DNA of 39,806 nt from NCBI GenBank assembly GCA_030141605.1, contig JAQGDQ010001463.1:1-39806 (forward strand), read 5' to 3'. The notes beneath the pieces were generated by a model. That model saw nothing but the letters and a program-made list of their open reading frames with translations. It searched no databases and was not told the DNA's origin. A program made the position numbers and the translations under genes. This DNA is from Tubiluchus corallicola (lineage: Eukaryota > Animalia > Priapulida). Shown piece after piece: positions 36,601 through 39,806 of the stretch. Numbering within the stretch: the first letter of the stretch is position 1; every line of letters starts with the position of its first letter.

Positions 36601-38200
36601 ACTCCTACAATAAAAAAGTGTAAGAATTCTGTAGCCCGTATTCATTTCTCAACAACATTTGTAACTTTAAACACAAAAAAATATTTTCTCACAGTCACAG
36701 TCACACTAAATTAACACAAGACATCAAAAGCATTATACTACTTCTCCCATTGTTTTAATGCGCTCACATATTTTTACTAATATTCACTTCATACGAAGCA
36801 GGAGTTACTTATTGGGCTTTCCTGGAAGTAAGTCTCTAAACTAAAAAAGGATCATAATAATTCTTGAAGAAGTTTATCTGAACAAACATGCATATAATGG
36901 AACAAAAGTAAGTTTAGAGAACGAAACCCCCGACAAAGTAAGGGTTCATTTCAATAAAGATACCCTGGGTCCAGTTTCGCAAAGCCGTCACTGACTTAAC
37001 GACATCATTATTAATAGTGAATTGAATGTAATAACGACATCGTTAACTTAGTGACGGCTTTGCGAAACCGTCCCCTGGTCAATATAGAATATCACTATCC
37101 AAGCATAAGCCAGGACAAATGACGTCCAAATTTGAGGAATTCACATTTTGCAAGTGAGACTCTCTCACATTGTCCTTTTGCAAATGCAGTGATCTATGCA
37201 TCAGTAATTTCATAATTTTCCAATTTCTGAATGCTTTTCCGCGCAATCTAATGGAACATACCTGGTGCTTGCTGAGTATCTTGCTCACACAACCATGTGA
37301 TACTCGGAGATGACGGCTTATTACGCAAGGTTTCACGCCACGCATGAACATGGCAATAATCTCGCGACGCAGCTCCGTCGGTAATGGTCTTCCGTTTTTG
37401 AACCTTCTACCAAGCTGATTGAGTTGATAAGTGCCTAAAGCAATAGAATAACCGTATTATTACACCTATTTGAATCTGTTATGAGCATATATTACACGAA
37501 GCCTAGTTCTTTAGCAAAAATTGTATAAACTGTTGTACTTGTGCAAGGACCTTTGTGTAACATTTGAGAAAAATCTACTTATTATGTTGAAAGATTCGCG
37601 TTGGATGCGAAGACCTCTAAAAATTGACAGCAAGTCAATTTTACAACAAAATTTGTGCCAAACAACTAATATTGTTAACAACTCACTATACAAAATATCT
37701 AAAAAATGGCAGACCATAGCTAGCAGGATACGTAAGCAAATTAAAGGACTAGGAAAAACGTATGATTTGAGTGGTTTGTCTGCAACTGGATGATTAACGA
37801 CAAAGTATCAATACAATGGACAATGTGATTAACATTAAACAGTTGTGCTGTCACATACTGATGTAAACTGCTTAACTCATTAAGTAGAATTTTCCCAAAC
37901 TTCCTTTCTTAAACATTCTGTTACCCATCATTTCTATCCCAGTTTGCTATACTGATTTCTTTTTTTAAATTGTCCAATAATCCATTGCTTTTTAATCATT
38001 TTTGGAATTCCACTGTGCATCAGGCACCTAACAAGTCCTTTCTTCTGGTTCCTGACTGCGATGATACATGCATGTTTCACATCATAACTTTTATTTAGTT
38101 ATCTTTTTGTAGGCATTTTAAAATTGATACGTAAAAAATTTCAGCAATGAAAAAATAATCATAACAACTTACCACTTTTCATTGGTGCACGATTTGGCAT
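33687..38200 (-). CDS. Divergent Pax (Pax3/7-like) transcription factor, ~494 aa; exons 38200-38173, 37434-37262, 36604-36493, 36085-35898, 35365-35260, 34754-34660, 34469-33687
   Basis: Phase-consistent splicing (1,0,1,0,1,0; 1485 nt). Paired PAI subdomain [15 protein letters not shown]...[20 protein letters not shown]. Homeodomain [10 protein letters not shown]...YPDI...RVQ|[13 protein letters not shown] has Ser50 and the usual paired-class intron before WF. PCVISR and YPDI point to the Pax3/7 group. Confidence 0.88.
33915..34227 (-). repeat. Coding minisatellite, 39-bp unit x8 ([13 protein letters not shown]), in the last Pax exon
   Basis: Tandem units lie in frame within exon 34469-33687. 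Confidence 0.92.
36968..37074. mobile_element. PIF/Harbinger-like MITE (107 bp) in a Pax intron
   Basis: 25-bp TIRs with core GTTTCGCAAAGCCGTCACT and 3 mismatches near the termini, flanked by a 3-bp CTG duplication (36965-67, 37075-77). Confidence 0.75.
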
Positions 38201-39590
38201 TGTTTAGATGACAGGCAAGAAGTGTGTCTTTACCTCAGGTGTATGCAATCAGGTACGCTCGCAAACGAGACTACATCAATGAAACACAAACTGTTTGTCA
38301 CTCCATCACTGGCCACAAACTCAAATGTCTGCACTGCCTGGCCGCTGTGTCACATGACTTGCTAACACTTGCAATTAAACTTACAGGTATTCACCTCATT
38401 ACAACCCTTGAATCTACAGGGCTTCCCTAATTACTGGTTATACGTAAGTAGAAAAACCAGTAACTCAGTAACATCTATGGGCACCAGATGACCATGAACC
38501 ACAGCATGTGGTCAATATTGGAGTCACAGTATAGGATATTTTTTTATCCCTACTCACCAGTGCAAAGTGATCTGAGGGTGAATACACCAATAATTTAACA
38601 AAGCAAAATTAGTTCCTGAGATCAATACCACAACTTCAAAGCCCCTAGAATCAGTTATTGAACTAACAGAAGTAATTGTCTTCTAGATATGCTTAGATAA
38701 AGCAACTTAGCTTTTACCTTCTAAACATCAGGATTCAAAAAAGACTACGCAATACAGAATTTGCAGTCATTACTACACAAATTATACCCTCTGAATGATG
38801 GCGTAATCAGCAGCAAACACTTTTGCATACTTTTTGTCCAGAAATATCACATAAACAATCGAACTAATTTATCCAATGCTTACGTCTATTACACGAAACA
38901 ACAACCTTTTTCATCAATGTATACACAATGCTGTTTATCTTTAAGATATTCTTTAAAAATACACTCAAATAAATAAATACAATATTTACTGTATATATAA
39001 TACATTTATACAACTACAATATGTATAATACATAGTGTTGTGCATTAAATATCAAAAAAAGAAAGAATTCATTCAAAATGGCACAGCACAATTTGTAAGG
39101 AGGTTTTGCATAATTTGATTTGACCACATAAGGAAAACGTTTGATCAAACTGAAGATACAGATAATTCCATAATAAAACAAAATCGCTTGCACTTATTGT
39201 GCCAGGAAATCAAGTTCTATAACTTCAAAAAAATAACGCTAAGACAGATAAGAACAAACGAACTGCAATTATTGATTTTTTGAAACTAAACTTAACGGAA
39301 GTATAGAAGGTTTTCACCTTCTTTCCTTTTGGTCAGGAAAGGTTTCAAAAATTCAATAATTCTGTGTTTATTCTAATAATCAATAATCTTAAAATTAGGA
39401 TAATAAATAATTCATTCCACAATGGGGACAATTTGCAAGCACATACATGTATTGATAAATAATTATTCAAAATTTGAATGTTACAGGCATGTGGTAAAAA
39501 GTATTTATTACGAGGTATCTGAGACATCTATGTCCTGTAATTAGCAAAACAAAAACTGACTGTTTGTCCATTATACATGTGCCACATATA

Positions 39591-39806
39591 CAGGGTTGTC
39601 TAAAAAAAACATTCCCACAAAATAACTTCTAGTCCCGCCATCCTGGGAGTGGCAGATGCTCGAAAAACAGCCGTTTTTCCTTTGAAGCTGAAATTTACAG
39701 CTCTTTGAAAAAAAGAGGAGAAACTGGGCTACGAGTTGATGTCGATCTCTTAGAAACACACCTCTACCAAAATGTAGGATTATAAGCTAATTTGAGGGAA
39801 CATTTT
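39591..39806. mobile_element. Possible left end of a Tc1/mariner-type element, running off the window
   Basis: TA|CAGGGTTGTC start resembles mariner-family TIRs; the partner end is not in the window. Confidence 0.35.

Noticed and set aside
36740-36840. Extra Pax exon ([10 protein letters not shown]) that might restore the RED subdomain
   Set aside because: Its donor would be phase 2, incompatible with the next exon (open only in phase 0), and it encodes no RED motifs.

Overview
AT-rich, intron-containing DNA from an invertebrate animal, not a prokaryote, so the ORF track misses or mis-frames most real genes. Manual GT-AG splicing with consistent intron phases supports five protein-coding genes. 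(1) A cadherin-repeat gene on - with at least 6 exons, running off the left edge. (2) Glutathione reductase (GSR) on -, 4 core exons, 452 aa, with a possible mitochondrial presequence and a consensus Nrf2 ARE. (3) An intronless, internally duplicated secreted or GPI-type LRR gene on +, nested inside a GSR intron. (4) A small 3-exon gene on + with only phase-0 introns whose 166-aa product has the pattern of a long-chain four-helix-bundle cytokine; this is inferred, not proven. (5) A divergent Pax3/7-like gene on - that appears to keep only the PAI half of the paired domain, plus an S50 homeodomain and a coding 39-bp VNTR. The rest is a 5'-truncated, frameshifted LINE, several MITEs (pogo/Tc1-, hAT- and Harbinger-like), a probable Helitron 3' end, a 5S-related SINE fragment, six minisatellites and large GA/CAA low-complexity tracts. 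No CRISPR array, tRNA or intact rRNA gene was seen. No database searches were run; family calls rest on recognised motifs.
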